A DNA stretch of 63,543 nucleotides, the filler included, from Reclinomonas americana ATCC 50394 (taxonomy: Eukaryota), in NCBI GenBank assembly GCA_048213135.1. It is 4 parts of 2 records of this genome, joined end to end, with 100 filler letters (N's around TTAATTAATTAA, not from the genome) between each part and the next. Parts side by side here need not be neighbours in the genome. Positions count along the whole stretch, not along the records: positions 21,928 to 49,855 come from PS015012.1; positions 49,956 to 63,543 come from PS015013.1; 2 more parts are not named here. One strand, written 5' to 3'. Position 1 is the first letter of the stretch. The number at the start of each line of letters is the position of its first letter. Positions 40,253-51,889 of this stretch are shown here, one piece after another. The translations under genes and the position numbers were made by a program. Under the pieces are notes generated by a model. The model did not search any database and was not told where the DNA came from. It saw only the letters and a program-made list of their open reading frames with translations.

Positions 40253-43200
40253 TCATGCTTTCGGGAACGCAGTGCCGGACTTGGGAAGCGCCGGCGCAGC
40301 TGGTGGCTGTGCACGGCGTAACCGAGCTGAGGTGGGAGAAAGAGATTGAAGGTGAGCAAATTGCTTCATCATTTGTTTGTCCAACGCAGCAGAGCGACAC
40401 ACCTTGGCACTTGCCCACCGCCTTCACCAACTGGTCTGGTGCAGCGGACGCACCAAAGTCGCCGCTGTCACAAATGTTGACCAGCTGCTCGTACTTGTAG
40501 ATGAAGAAACGAGCCTGCTGGCACTGCCGAGCCGCAATTGCTGACATTTGTGCGCGTGGGCACACAATTGACTCCATGCGCTTCAGTCCAAACAACCGCC
40601 GTCGCACGCGATGGCAGTCGGGTGTCGGATACTCAGGAATCACGGGTTCCGCTGGCTTGGGTGCCTGCGGCATCGGAGGCGGCGGTGGCGGTGGCATGTA
40701 CGGGAATGGCATTGGCTGGTACGGGAACGGCATCTGCAGAAAGAGAAAGTGAGCAGCCGAGTATATGGCACGCGCAGATGAGAGAGCACAGCAGACTCAC
40801 CTGTGGTGAAGGGTCGTCCATCGGGGGCAGCCGGTCGATCGCTGCGTCGCAAGCACGTGAGACACACATGTTGATCACTGCACGTTTTGGGAAAGGAAAA
40901 AACAACTCACGTGCAATACCGAGACGGCAGCGGCGGTACATGGAACGCAGGCGCTGCACATGCTGTTGGAGGTACACGCATCGGCGGCTCGGCGGGAAGT
41001 CCGAGCACACGAAGCGCGCTCGGCGGCGAGCCTCGGTCAAGTGACCGCGAATCAGACCGCAGGCGGGCACCATACCGCCGTCGGCGTCACCGTCACTGGG
41101 ACCGAAGCGGCTGCGGCTGCGACGGCGGCGCCAGCGACGCTCCTGGTCGTTGTCGAAATCGCCATCATCTCGTCGTGGGCGGCGGCGACGGCGGAGATCG
41201 AGTTCGCCGCGCTCACGTGCACGACGAATCGCACGGCGGACGGCACGACGGGCAATGCGATTCACGACCCGGCGCAGCCATCGCTTGCTCGGTCGCGAGC
41301 GGCAGCGGGGCTTGGGAGCAGCGGGTGCTGGCTCCTCCGGCTCTGATTGCGGCTTTGGCTCCGGTTCCGGCTCAGGCTGCTTGGCGGGCCGAGGCTGACG
41401 TTGGGGTTCCGGCTGTGGCTCCGGCTCATTGTCACGAATGTCAATCACCGCACCACTGTCGCCCAAGGCGTTGCCGTTGTCGTCCGAGAGGCGGGGCATC
41501 CGTCGGCGAATGCGGACTGTGCGTAGGTGCGTCGTCAGACAAACTGCAACGCGAACGGGGAGGAAAAAAAAACTCGGCGACACATACCGAATCCACTGTC
41601 GTCATCGGCGACGGCGCGGAACGATCGAGCACCAAAGCACGCCTGTCGGCGGTGAATCAGTGCACCCGTCAGCATGCCGCGCAGGCGGTGGCACACGCGG
41701 AAAGCGATCGAGGAGCGATCCTTCAGGCTGCAGGCACCGCGGGCCACACGACGGAGGAGGCGAATGCGGACGCTCAGCTTGCGGCACACAGCCGGTGCGC
41801 GACGAGAACGGCGGCGAGAGCGCACGCGCTCGTCCACAATGATCACTGTGTGTGAGAGAGAGGGAGAGATTCACAGTGAGCGCGAGTGGCGTCTGGGGAG
41901 TCGACACCCCAAAAAGGGTACACACCGGGCGAGTCAATGTCGCCTCCGCGACGGCATCGATTGCGGAGGCGGCGATTGGCGGCACGGCATCGGCGCAGCA
42001 ATCGCTTGCACTGAGGTGAGCCACCGGCACCGCGCCGACGGCATGCGCGACCGGCCACACGACGAACTCGTCGCAGGCGACGCGACAGGCGACCGCAACG
42101 GCCACGGGGTTGCTCGATGTCGTCATCCTGGTCCACGTCGTCGCTGTCGCCCGCATCACCACGGAAGCGACGCATGCGGCGAGAGCGACGAGCAAAGCGA
42201 CCGTTGGCGTTGCTGTCGTCGTCATCGTCGCCAAAGTCGCCGTCCACATTGCGGAGGCGACGGCGCATGCGGCGGCTGGAAGCACGGAGGCCGCCACGAC
42301 GAGAATCACCAGCGGCGTCATCGTCGCCGCCATCCATATCACCGTCAATGTCGTCGAGGCGACGGCGCAAGCGTCGAAGCAGTCGGCGCTGGCGACGGCG
42401 ACGCGGAACCTCCACATCGTCTTCATCAGCATCGACCGCGCGGCGTCGAATTCGGCGACGGCGCAGTGGGGCATCGGGATTCGCTCCACTGTTGTCGTTG
42501 TCACCGTTGTCGTTGCTGTTGGCATCGTCGCGCGCAGGTGCAGGTTGTTCTGCCTGCTGCGATTGCTGCGGCCTGTCGCCCTCAGCAGTAGGGGCTGCGA
42601 GGCAAAGAGAGAGAGAGACTCGAGTCAGCAGCAGTGGAACAACAAAATACTGACACAAGGGAGAGACGCGCAACTGTCAGCGGGGCGACCGCGGCACTTG
42701 TTGAGCCGGATCTTGAAGGCGGCAATGTCGGCCTTGAGCTCGTGGCACGCACTGGCCTCTTGCAGAGAGTCGCGCGAGTACGGGCAGTGCAGCCTGGCGC
42801 GCTCGCGGAATCGGCGAATGGCAGCTCGCAGCTTGCGGCACTTGCGGCCGCCGCGAGAACGACGGCGCGCTGCAATGAGCCACATGGGGGGTCAGACACC
42901 GACAACACGAGCGACAACGATAACGGCACACCAACCTCGCTTATTGCGTCGCACACCGCTGCCGGCGTTGTCGTCCTCGTCGTCGTCGCCATCTCGGCGG
43001 CGGCGGCGCTGTCGGCGTCGGCGCTTGGCACCACACTTGGCGTTATCGCCCTCTTCGTCGTCGTTGCTGCGAGAGCGACGGCGACGAGCTCGGCGAGACA
43101 CCTTCTTGCCGCTGTCGTCATCTTCATTGTTCTCGTCGTCGTCGTCGTCGGCACGGCGACGGCTGCGGCGACGGCGTTCGGAAGCGTTCAGCATCTGCTC

Positions 43201-46200
43201 GGCCTGCTTCATCTCCTCCGCCTCCTCCTCCTCTTGCTGTGCGTCTTCGTCCACTGCAAATGTGACCACAGCACGTGAATGATAGGGGGGCTTACACGGC
43301 AGGGAGAATGGTGGAGGGGGAGACGCACCGTCGACTCCGTTCTCCACGGTCTGCGTGTCGACTTGGTCCTGCTCCTGCTGCTGTTGTTGCATAGCAGCAA
43401 ACGGCAGCGGTGCAAGGGTCACTGCGTATGGGCAGACAAGGAGGTCAGTACGCAAGCGTGGTAGCATGCACCGTGCGACTGGTACTCACCAGGCGCCTCT
43501 CCGTCCATTTGTTCATCTGCAATAACACACACCACCAGATCAGTTACAAGACTGCAGCTGCTGCTGGCATTCGAGCGAGGGAGACGCAACAGGCGGCAAC
43601 CAGCGTCAGAGGCATGAGATTCGTGTTGAGGTTGTTGAGCTTCATGGCTGCGGCGGCAAATAAAGGGTCAGTCAGCCATCAAGACGGCGAGGGAAAACCA
43701 TTATTAACACAACAAACCAGTGTGAGCATTGATGAGGTTGAGGCGAGCGTTCTCTGTTGCGTGCAGCGAGTCAGAACAAGTCCGGTATCAGTCACAGAAA
43801 GAGGGATGATGCAGCTCACCAGTTTGAAGACGCAGGTGCTCCGCAAGCGACACTGTATTATTGCACACGGTACACAGTGAGAAACTGGAATACAGGATAC
43901 AAGCAGTGTCCGCCAAATGCGCAACAGAAATTGCGAGTCTCACGGCGGCGAGCAGCGCGGAGGCCGGCCACAGCGGCACGCAAGCGACGGCACTTGGTCT
44001 TGGCGACCTTGGACTGCGGCAACAGACAGCATTTGAGTTACTCATCACGTGAGGGAAAAACATGTCGTCACACTATACGAACCTTGCGCTTGCACGTGCG
44101 CTTCGTCGTCTTGCGAAGCACCTTCAGCGCGCACTTGTAGATCCTGCCGCACGTCTTCTTGCGCGAGCACTTCTTCAGGCGTTTCTGTTGCACGGCAAGC
44201 ACCACGAGTGAGCAGTTGGCGGGGATGCGCACAACAACAACGCATTACGCAACTGAGATGCGAGCAGAGATGGCACGCTTCGGGCTCTTCTTGCGCAGGC
44301 GCTTGGCCACTGCGTGGCGCACAAAAAAAACAGCAAACGTGAATCCTTCGAGTGGGGTTGCACATACACGCGCACGCAAGTCAACGTACCTCGGCGGACG
44401 ACCTTGCGGCACCGCTTGCTTGCTCGCTTCGCCTTTCGGGCTTTCCTTGCCCTCGCTCTCGCCCTCGCCTTGCGCCTCTTCTCGGCTTCGGAGTCACTCT
44501 CGTCCTCGTCGTCGTCTTCGCCACCGCGGCGTCGGCGGCGGCGACGGAGGCCCTTGCTGTCGCCATCCTCGCCGTCGTCTTCACCGTCGCCACCGCGGCG
44601 CTTGCGAGCGGCACCCTTGCCACCTTCCTCGCCGTCGTCTTCACCGTCGCCACCGCGGCGCCTGCGAGCGGCACCCTTGCCGCCCTCCTCGCCGTCGACG
44701 TCGTCACTGCGACTCTTCCCGACACCGCCCTTCTTCTTCTTGTCGGCAGCCTCGTCATCGTCGTCGTCATCATCACCACCGCGACCGGCGGCTCGGCGCT
44801 TGCCGGCGTCGCCTCGGCGTCCGCCGCTCTTCTTCTTGCCGTCCTCGGTATCGTCGTCGTCGTCACCGTACTTGTCGACGGTCTTGCGGAAATCGTCGAG
44901 CAGCTCAGCAGCCTCGCGCTGATCGCGCGGTGAGCCGCGCAACGCCTCCTTCAGGTCCTTCATCAGCGACTTGTCAATGATGCGCTCCGTTGAGTATTGC
45001 ACTGCAAAGGCCATGATGGATAATGTGTGAGACAAACAAATCTACAGTGCATGCAAGGCACTGACGGGGTAGAGGCGACCAACCGTCCTCGTCGCGGAGA
45101 GCCGGAATGTGTCGGCGCAAGTGGGCAGCTGCAAGTGAGGCGGTGCAAAGTGAGCGAGTGGCGAGCAAGTGAGCGATGGCACGGGGGATGGACACACGAA
45201 CCGAAGCGGCGGAACGAGTCCTTGATGCCTGGGAGACATGCATGTGAGTAAACAGCGAGGTGAGGTGGCGATGACTGCAGCAGTAGGCGTACCGCAGCGG
45301 AGGGCAGCCGCTGTTATGCAAACGAAAATAAAGTGAGCACAATCCATTCGAGCACATGCTTGAACTTGTCACACTGCGCTCACCGAGACGATGCATGCGG
45401 ACGCGCAGCAACTGGGTCTGCATCTTGGCCACGCGAGCATTCTTCCGCAGCTCCTTGACGAGCTGACGCGTTCGCTTGGTAATGACCGAAGAGGGCTTCG
45501 GTCCGACAGCTGCTGTTCTCCACGAGTCAGCCACAACACAACCACACATATTGGACGGTGCGTTATTCGCACCTGCACGGGACATTGCCACACGCAAACG
45601 GCGATGGCAAATGGCGGCCTGACGCCGCGTCTGGCGCAGTTGGTCGACCACACGCTGCAGCGCCTGTCGCTGCCGGTCGACCAGACGACGCTCCTGATCG
45701 AACTGGCGAGCAAAGTTCTCCTGCGCCTCCTGGAACCGGCGCTCCAGCATTTGCAGGCGGCGCTGCGACAAGTGGTACGCGCGACGCATCACTTGGTTGG
45801 CACGCTCGAGGCGCTGAGCATTGACGGTGGAGTCCTTATTGTTCCGGTTCACATCGCTCAGCTTGTCTCGCAGCTGCGTAATCCGCTGACGCATCGCCTC
45901 AATCTCTTGCACGCGGGCAGCCAGCTGCACACAGATGAATGAGTGCATCACCTCCACCACGCGGACGACAGATCGTACACGGAGGAGACCTTTTCGCGCA
46001 AGTCTTGCAGCTGACCGGCAAACGCATTTGTGCGCTGCGAGATATCAAGCCCCGAGTTGCGCAGTCGCTGATTCTCCTCCCGCGCTCGCTGCAGATCAGC
46101 ACGCGCCTCCGCCAGTTGCGACTTGACCACATACTGCTGCGTGCTCATCTGGCTCAACTCTCCCTGCGTCTCGCGCAGCCTCTGCTCCAACGAGCGCACA

Positions 46201-46626
46201 CGCCGTGCNNNNNNNNNNNNNNNNNNNNNNNNNNNNNNNNNNNNNNNNNNNNNNNNNNNNNNNNNNNNNNNNNNNNNNNATTGGCCGACAGCACGCCCGC
46301 CCACGGACCATCCGCCTCCGCCAAGTCTACACACACAAGAGACGCGTCAGCCGTGCCACACAGTGCGCGCACACACACAGGGAGAGTGCAGGCAATGCAA
46401 CTCTCAAACGTGGCCGCCGACACATCCGCCTCCTCCAGCAACACCAGCGGATCCACTCGCTCATCGTCTTCCACAAACTACAGCACACACGCACGCACAC
46501 ACAATGAACACACAAACACGCAGAGACTCTCCCTCACACTGAAAACCACCAAACCTCTGTCGCCTGCACACACGCACACAAGAGCAGTGCCAGCAGTGGC
46601 AGCAGCAGCCACTGCTGCGCCCTCAT
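40253..46626 (-). CDS. Giant secreted precursor: signal peptide, acidic pro-segment, coiled coil, Arg/Asp charge blocks and repeated four-Cys modules (about 20 exons, one gap)
   Basis: Signal peptide MRAQQWLLLPLLALLLCACVQA. Exons can be joined through GT-AG introns in one frame via ORFs 45948-46208, 44974-45960, 44175-45035, 42892-43467, 42625-42885, 41843-42673, 41535-41846, 40633-41583 and 40203-40733 to ...KSGTAFPKA*. It could also be two genes. Confidence 0.65.
44540..44700 (-). repeat. 60-bp coding tandem repeat (GEEGGKGAARRRRGGDGEDD, about 2.5 copies)
   Basis: Lines 44581 and 44641 are nearly identical. Confidence 0.9.
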
Positions 46627-46849
46627 CTCTCTCTCACACACACACACGCGCGTGCTCACAAACAAGCTTATGCGCGAGGTTTTGGGGTGGAAGAGCGGCC
46701 TTTCTCGTGCTTTCCCACTGTGGAAAAAAGTGTGAATAGATATCCACGGCTCGCGAGCCGGATATCTCACCTGGCATTGTCCGCCCACTGGATTTCTTTT
46801 CCGTTCAGTCACTCTCTCACACACACAACCCAAACAAACGATCGAGAGC

Positions 46850-48691
46850 ATGCGGAGTGGGTGGCTGCTTGTCACACTCGGCATGCTTGCGCTGCTGCTG
46901 CTGCTGTGCTTGAGCGCAGCACGAGCAGAGGAGGAGGAAGTTGCGCACTCTCTGATATGTGTGTCTCTCTCTGTGTGTGTTTGTGTGACACACTCACACA
47001 CACGTGCGCGCGCAGTTGGAGCAACAAGGAGAGCAGTACGACTTGGAGACACACGACACAGACGACGTTGGCGAGGAATGTACGTGAGCACAAACACACA
47101 CACTCATGTGTACTCTGTCTCTCACAACACACTCTTCTCTCTCACACACACAGCGTTTGTGGAGAGTGGGCGTCGTCGAGTCAACTCGTGGGCGCGCTCT
47201 GTGGTGAACCTGNNNNNNNNNNNNNNNNNNNNNNNNNNNNNNNNNNNNNNNNNNNNNNNNNNNNNNNNNNNNNNNNNNNNNNNNNNNNNNNNNNNNNNNN
47301 NNNNNNNNNNNNNNNNNNNNNNNNNNNNNNNNNNNNNNNNNNNNNNNNNNNNNNNNNNNNNNNNNNNNNNNNNNNNNNNNNNNNNNNNNNNNNNNNNNNN
47401 NNNNNNNNNNNNNNNNNNNCAGATTCAGATGCACCGCGCGGGTCGCGAGTTGAACTCGGAGCGCGAGGGGCGTCTGGCCGCAGAGCGACGAGTGCGCGAG
47501 CTGGAGCAGCAAATGGTGAACCTGCAAATGTCGCAGCAGTCGGGCAGCATGAGGTCGATGCAGATGCAGGAGCAGCTGGCGTCGTGCAGAAAGGAGCTGG
47601 ATGCGGCACGCAGGGTGCGGAATACGGAGGACTCGCGCATTGAGAAGCTGCGCGCGATGGCGCAAAAGTTCCGCGAGATGCTGCTGGCCGATCGCCAGCG
47701 CAAGCTGCAGGCGGCCAAGACCATTGAGCGGCTGCAGGCGCGCATGCGTGCCTATCGCAAGGCGTTCTTGCGGTCCAAGGGCGTTCTCTGTTGCGTCATT
47801 CGCTCCTCTTCTNNNNNNNNNNNNNNNNNNNNNNNNNNNNNNNNNNNNNNNNNNNNNNNNNNNNNNNNNNNNNNNNNNNNNNNNNNNNNNNNNNNNNNNN
47901 NNNNNNNNNNNNNNNNNNNNNNNNNNNNNNNNNNNNNNNNNNNNNNNNNNNNNNNNNNNNNNNNNNNNNNNNNNNNNNNNNNNNNNNNNNNNNNNNNNNN
48001 NNNNNNNNNNNNNNNNNNNNNNNNNNNNNNNNNNNNNNNNNNNNNNNNNNNNNNNNNNNNNNNNNNNNNNNNNNNNNNNNNNNNNNNNNNNNNNNNNNNN
48101 NNNNNNNNNNNNNNNNNNNNNNNNNNNNNNNNNNNNNNNNNNNNNNNNNNNNNNNNNNNNNNNNNNNNNNNNNNNNNNNNNNNNNNNNNNNNNNNNNNNN
48201 NNNNNNNNNNNNNNNNNNNNNNNNNNNNNNNNNNNNNNNNNNNNNNNNNNNNNNNNNNNNNNNNNNNNNNNNNNNNNNNNNNNNNNNNNNNNNNNNNNNN
48301 NNNNNNNNNNNNNNNNNNNNNNNNNNNNNNNNNNNNNNNNNNNNNNNNNNNNNNNNNNNNNNNNNNNNNNNNNNNNNNNNNNNACCCCGCACAGGCAAGG
48401 TGCGCGGTGCGATGCGCACACAAGCCGACACCTTCAGCGACCAGTTCGCCAAGGAGCGTGAGCTGGTGGACAAGGAGCGTCGCATCATTGAGAAGTTGGT
48501 CGGCAGACTGCGCACGCATCGCCACGAGCTCGGCGTCTGCAAGGCCACTCTCAAGTCACACCTCGCTGTCTTGCCCAAATGCGTGGTGAACAACAAGAAG
48601 AAGGAGGACGAGGAGGATGGTGCGTACGTGCCCGTGTCGCTCTCTCTCTCTCCCGTTCGTGCTGCTGACTTGACAGTGCGCAGACGATTGA
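46850..48691 (+). CDS. Secreted coiled-coil protein, paralogue of the N-terminal part of the divergent giant gene (gapped)
   Basis: Signal peptide MRSGWLLVTLGMLALLLLLCLSAARA, acidic segment, heptad-rich exons and FSDQFAKERELVDKERRIIEKLVGRLRTHRHELGVC; ends EEDDD*. Confidence 0.7.
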
Positions 48692-48986
48692 ACTAAGTGG
48701 TTTTTTCCCGCGGCAAGCGAGGGTGGCTTGTTGGTACGTACACGCCGCCACGCTTGCTCGNNNNNNNNNNNNNNNNNNNNNNNNNNNNNNNNNNNNNNNN
48801 NNNNNNNNNNNNNNNNNNNNNNNNNNNNNNNNNNNNNNNNNNNNNNNNNNNNNNNNNNNNNNNNNNNNNNNNNNNNNNNNNNNNNNNNNNNNNNNNNNNN
48901 NNNNNNNNNNNNNNNNNNNNNNNNNNNNNNNNNNTGATCGCATCACATACTCACCACACGCGCGCAAACACAGACGAATTTGTTGA

Positions 48987-49017
<31 letters not shown>

Positions 49018-49024
49018 CGTGTGT
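48987..49024. repeat. (TG)n microsatellite
   Basis: TG run. Confidence 0.85.
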
Positions 49025-49089
49025 GAAGCAAGAAAGAAATGTAACGCCACCAGAACGAGCACTTGTATGCAACCACTCATCATCATCAC

Positions 49090-49524
49090 TCACTTGCTCA
49101 CCGCACCTCCACTCTGCACGCGCATGCATGTCAGCGACACAACAACGACAAGGACACCAGCAACAGCCACACACACACAGACCTCAATGAGCGCAATCTC
49201 CTCCTTGGAGAGCGGTGTGTACTGGAATCGCTGTGGCAGCAACGAGCGCCACGCTGCACTTGCCGCAGGTCGCGATGCCGAAGCACCAGAGGAAGCCGGA
49301 GCAGACGGAGCAGCAGAGGACGAGGCCGGTGCGATCTTGGCATTGGCGTAGAACGAGGCCGGGTCGGTGTTGTACTTCAACTCTGCACACACGAGAGAGA
49401 GTGAGAACAGAGTGTTGTGTATGAGTGCGCGCGTGTGTGTGTGCTCACCAAACGGGCGCTTTCCGTAGCGGAAGGCGATGGAATGTGCGCCGCGCACGGT
49501 GGAGAGCACTGCGCGAGATGACAT
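49090..49524 (-). CDS. KGD4: KGD4/MRPS36 (2-oxoglutarate dehydrogenase E2-E3 adaptor)
   Basis: N-terminal HSIAFRYGKR, Ala/Ser/Pro linker and C-terminal LPQRFQYTPLSKEEIALIE|SGGA hallmark. Confidence 0.85.
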   Translation of the reverse strand: MSSRAVLSTVRGAHSIAFRYGKRPFGEHTHTRALIHNTLFSLSLVCAELKYNTDPASFYANAKIAPASSSAAPSAPASSGASASRPAASAAWRSLLPQRFQYTPLSKEEIALIEVCVCVAVAGVLVVVVSLTCMRVQSGGAVSK

Positions 49525-49620
49525 CGATTGTTAGGTGAGTGGGACAGAATGCGCGCGCGAGCCACTGTCCTGTCCGCGACTGTCCCTTCATTCATTGTGT
49601 TTTTTTGTTTTTTTGTTGCA

Positions 49621-49730
49621 ATGTCAGCGGCGGCCACTGGCGGTGGTTCCTCTGGCGGCAACGCGAATGCCGCCAACAATCCACTTGACTTTATGGGCCG
49701 CTATCGCAAACTGTTTGCCAAGCTCAAAAA
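49621..49730 (+). CDS. First exon of an unknown protein (truncated by linker)
   Basis: MSAAATGGGSSGGNANAANNPLDFMGRYRKLFAKLKK followed by a GTGCGT donor. Confidence 0.5.
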
Positions 49731-49955
49731 GTGCGTAATATTATCAATGCTCACTGTCTGCTGCAACGTTCACATTTTTTGTGTTCTTTATTTTTCTTCA
49801 TTGCTCTCTCTCTCTCTCGCATCACTCACTTTCTCTCTCTCTCTCTCTTTTAGGCNNNNNNNNNNNNNNNNNNNNNNNNNNNNNNNNNNNNNNNNNNNNT
49901 TAATTAATTAANNNNNNNNNNNNNNNNNNNNNNNNNNNNNNNNNNNNNNNNNNNN

Positions 49956-50257
49956 CCAGCTCCTCGTCCAGCGCCTCGGTCTCGCGTCGCATGCGCTCCA
50001 GCTCGGCCGCTGGCACGTGCACGGAGTTGAGCGCGCAGACAATGTGTGTGTGTGTGTGAGTGAGAGAGAGAGAGAGCGCGCGCGTAACTTGCCGCCCACA
50101 AGGCCGTGATCTCATTGTTCAGCGACTGTAACCGCGTGAAGAGCTGGCTGAACTGGTGCCCGTGAAAGTGCTGCGTGAACTGCGACGAGTCCAGCGTCTG
50201 TCGCATGAGATCCTCCAGTTGCCTGACCTTGGCCACGAGCTCGTCTTTCAAACTCAT
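49956..50257 (-). CDS. Coiled-coil protein 5' fragment (possibly MED4-like)
   Basis: MSLKDELVAKVRQLEDLMRQTL...LQSLNNEI...ELERMRRETEALDEEL, truncated by linker. The family guess is weak. Confidence 0.45.
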
Positions 50258-50308
50258 GATTGAAGAAGAGAACGCGAGGTCGATTGATCGAGCACTCACT
50301 CTCTCTTC

Positions 50309-51836
50309 ATGGACCACAGCGCAGAGTGGCTCTCTGAGTTCTTCTCGTGGCTCGGCACACACCGATGCACCACAGACGTTGCGCATCCTTGTCTCTCTCT
50401 CTCTCTCTCTGTCTCCTCGGTGTGTGTGCAACTCACTGTGTGTCAGGCGGTGCGACTTGCCGAGTTTGAGGTCGCCGAGGACGTGCGTGTGCGTGGAGTT
50501 GCAGCTGCGCGACAACTCACGCCCGGAGCGGCGTTTGTGCGAGTACCACGACGCCTGCTCTTGTTCTGTTCGCGACGGAGAATGCGCGAGGTGGCGCCAC
50601 TGTTGGTGCCGGTGATTGACAAGTTGAGTTGCATAACGAGGCAGAAACGTACAGTAGGCGCCATGGACAGTGACGTGTCGTGTGCAGGCATGCAGCAGAG
50701 TTGCGACCGGAGACTGCACTGGCTCTGCTGCTGTTGCATCAGCGATCGTTGGGGGAAGTTGCGCCGTTTCGCATGTATGTGGAGTCGACGCCGGCGACGT
50801 ACACCTCGCTGGCGTACTTTACGCGGGAGGAGATTGTGCGTGGGGGACTGGTGCTGCCGCATGCGGTGCAGCAGGCGTTGCGGTACAAGCGACGAGTGCG
50901 GGAGGTGTGGCGATCGCTGTTGCCGATCATGGCCGAGTATGTGCCGTCGGTGTTTGCCGAGCATGTGTGCTCGCCGCAGTGGGTGCGCTGGGCCTACTGC
51001 ACGGTTATGACGCGCTCGTGTCACATGCGAGTTGGCGCCGACTCGCTGTTTCCGCACGGCAACGACATCTGGTGCCTGGTGCCGATGGGCGACATGGTCA
51101 ATCATGCACCGCACACTGGCGTTGCGTCGTCGTCGTCGGCTGTGCACTGTTTCTCCCTCTCTCACACACACAACCTCACACGTCTGCAGTCGGGTTGCCA
51201 CTACAACGACGTCACGCAAGAGTACGTGTTCTCGGCAGGCCGAGTGTACGAAGAGGGCGAGCAGGTCTACATCACCTACGGCGACTACGACAACCTCAAG
51301 TTGCTGAAGCACTACGGTTTCGTGCTGGACGACAATCCCGACGAGTGCGTCAAGGTGCGACCGCGCGACGTGCTTCCCGACGACGTGAGTGCCGCCACCA
51401 TGCAGACACTGGAGCAAAACGGATGGATGACACCGTTGCGTCGCTGTCGTCGGCAGCTTGTTCGCATCTGCATCCGCCGTTTTGTGACACTCGTTCGTGC
51501 AGCAAGTGGACACTCAGCGCCACCACGTGCGGCGAGGAGATGCTCAAGGCGCTGCGAGTGATCTTTGGCCGCAGCAACGAAGCGCGCGTCTGGCAGCACG
51601 TCCGCCAGGTGGCCGAACGCCACCTGCACCTGCTGGAGAGCAACGAAAGTCCCACCATTGACGGCGATGCCAAGGCAGAGGACGACGACGATGACGACAG
51701 ATCGCTCGACGAGGGACTGGAGCATGCAGCCGACGAGCACGAGATGCGACTCGGAATGCTGCGAGCGTTCCGCCACTCCCAGGCCGCCACCTTGTCGGCG
51801 CTCATCCGCAACATTGACGCCGGCGCGGTCTCATGA
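50309..51836 (+). CDS. SET-domain lysine methyltransferase, Rubisco-LSMT/SETD3-4-6 type
   Basis: EFFSWL, RGVAAARQL, VRVPRRLL, LALLLLHQR, WAYCTVMTRS, LVPMGDMVNH, GEQVYITYGDYDNLKLLKHYGFVLDDNP. Confidence 0.92.
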
Positions 51837-51889
51837 CGCTCACAGAGCGTGTGTAAAATATAGTCTCGGTGGTGTACTCCTGCAACGTC

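Noticed and set aside
40887-44980. Long plus-strand ORFs (Val/Ala-rich, Ser/Arg-rich)
   Set aside because: They are antisense shadows of GC-rich low-complexity exons; the splice signals and Cys modules are on the minus strand.
49621-49730. YRKLFAKLKK as INO80E/TBRG1-like (a third INO80 subunit)
   Set aside because: Only one short exon precedes the linker, which is insufficient evidence.
16163-49911. Recurrent palindromic TTAATTAATTAA as a transposon target or regulatory site
   Set aside because: It is always centred in a fixed 100-bp N block and is an artificial six-frame-stop linker. Gap size and adjacency across it are unreliable.
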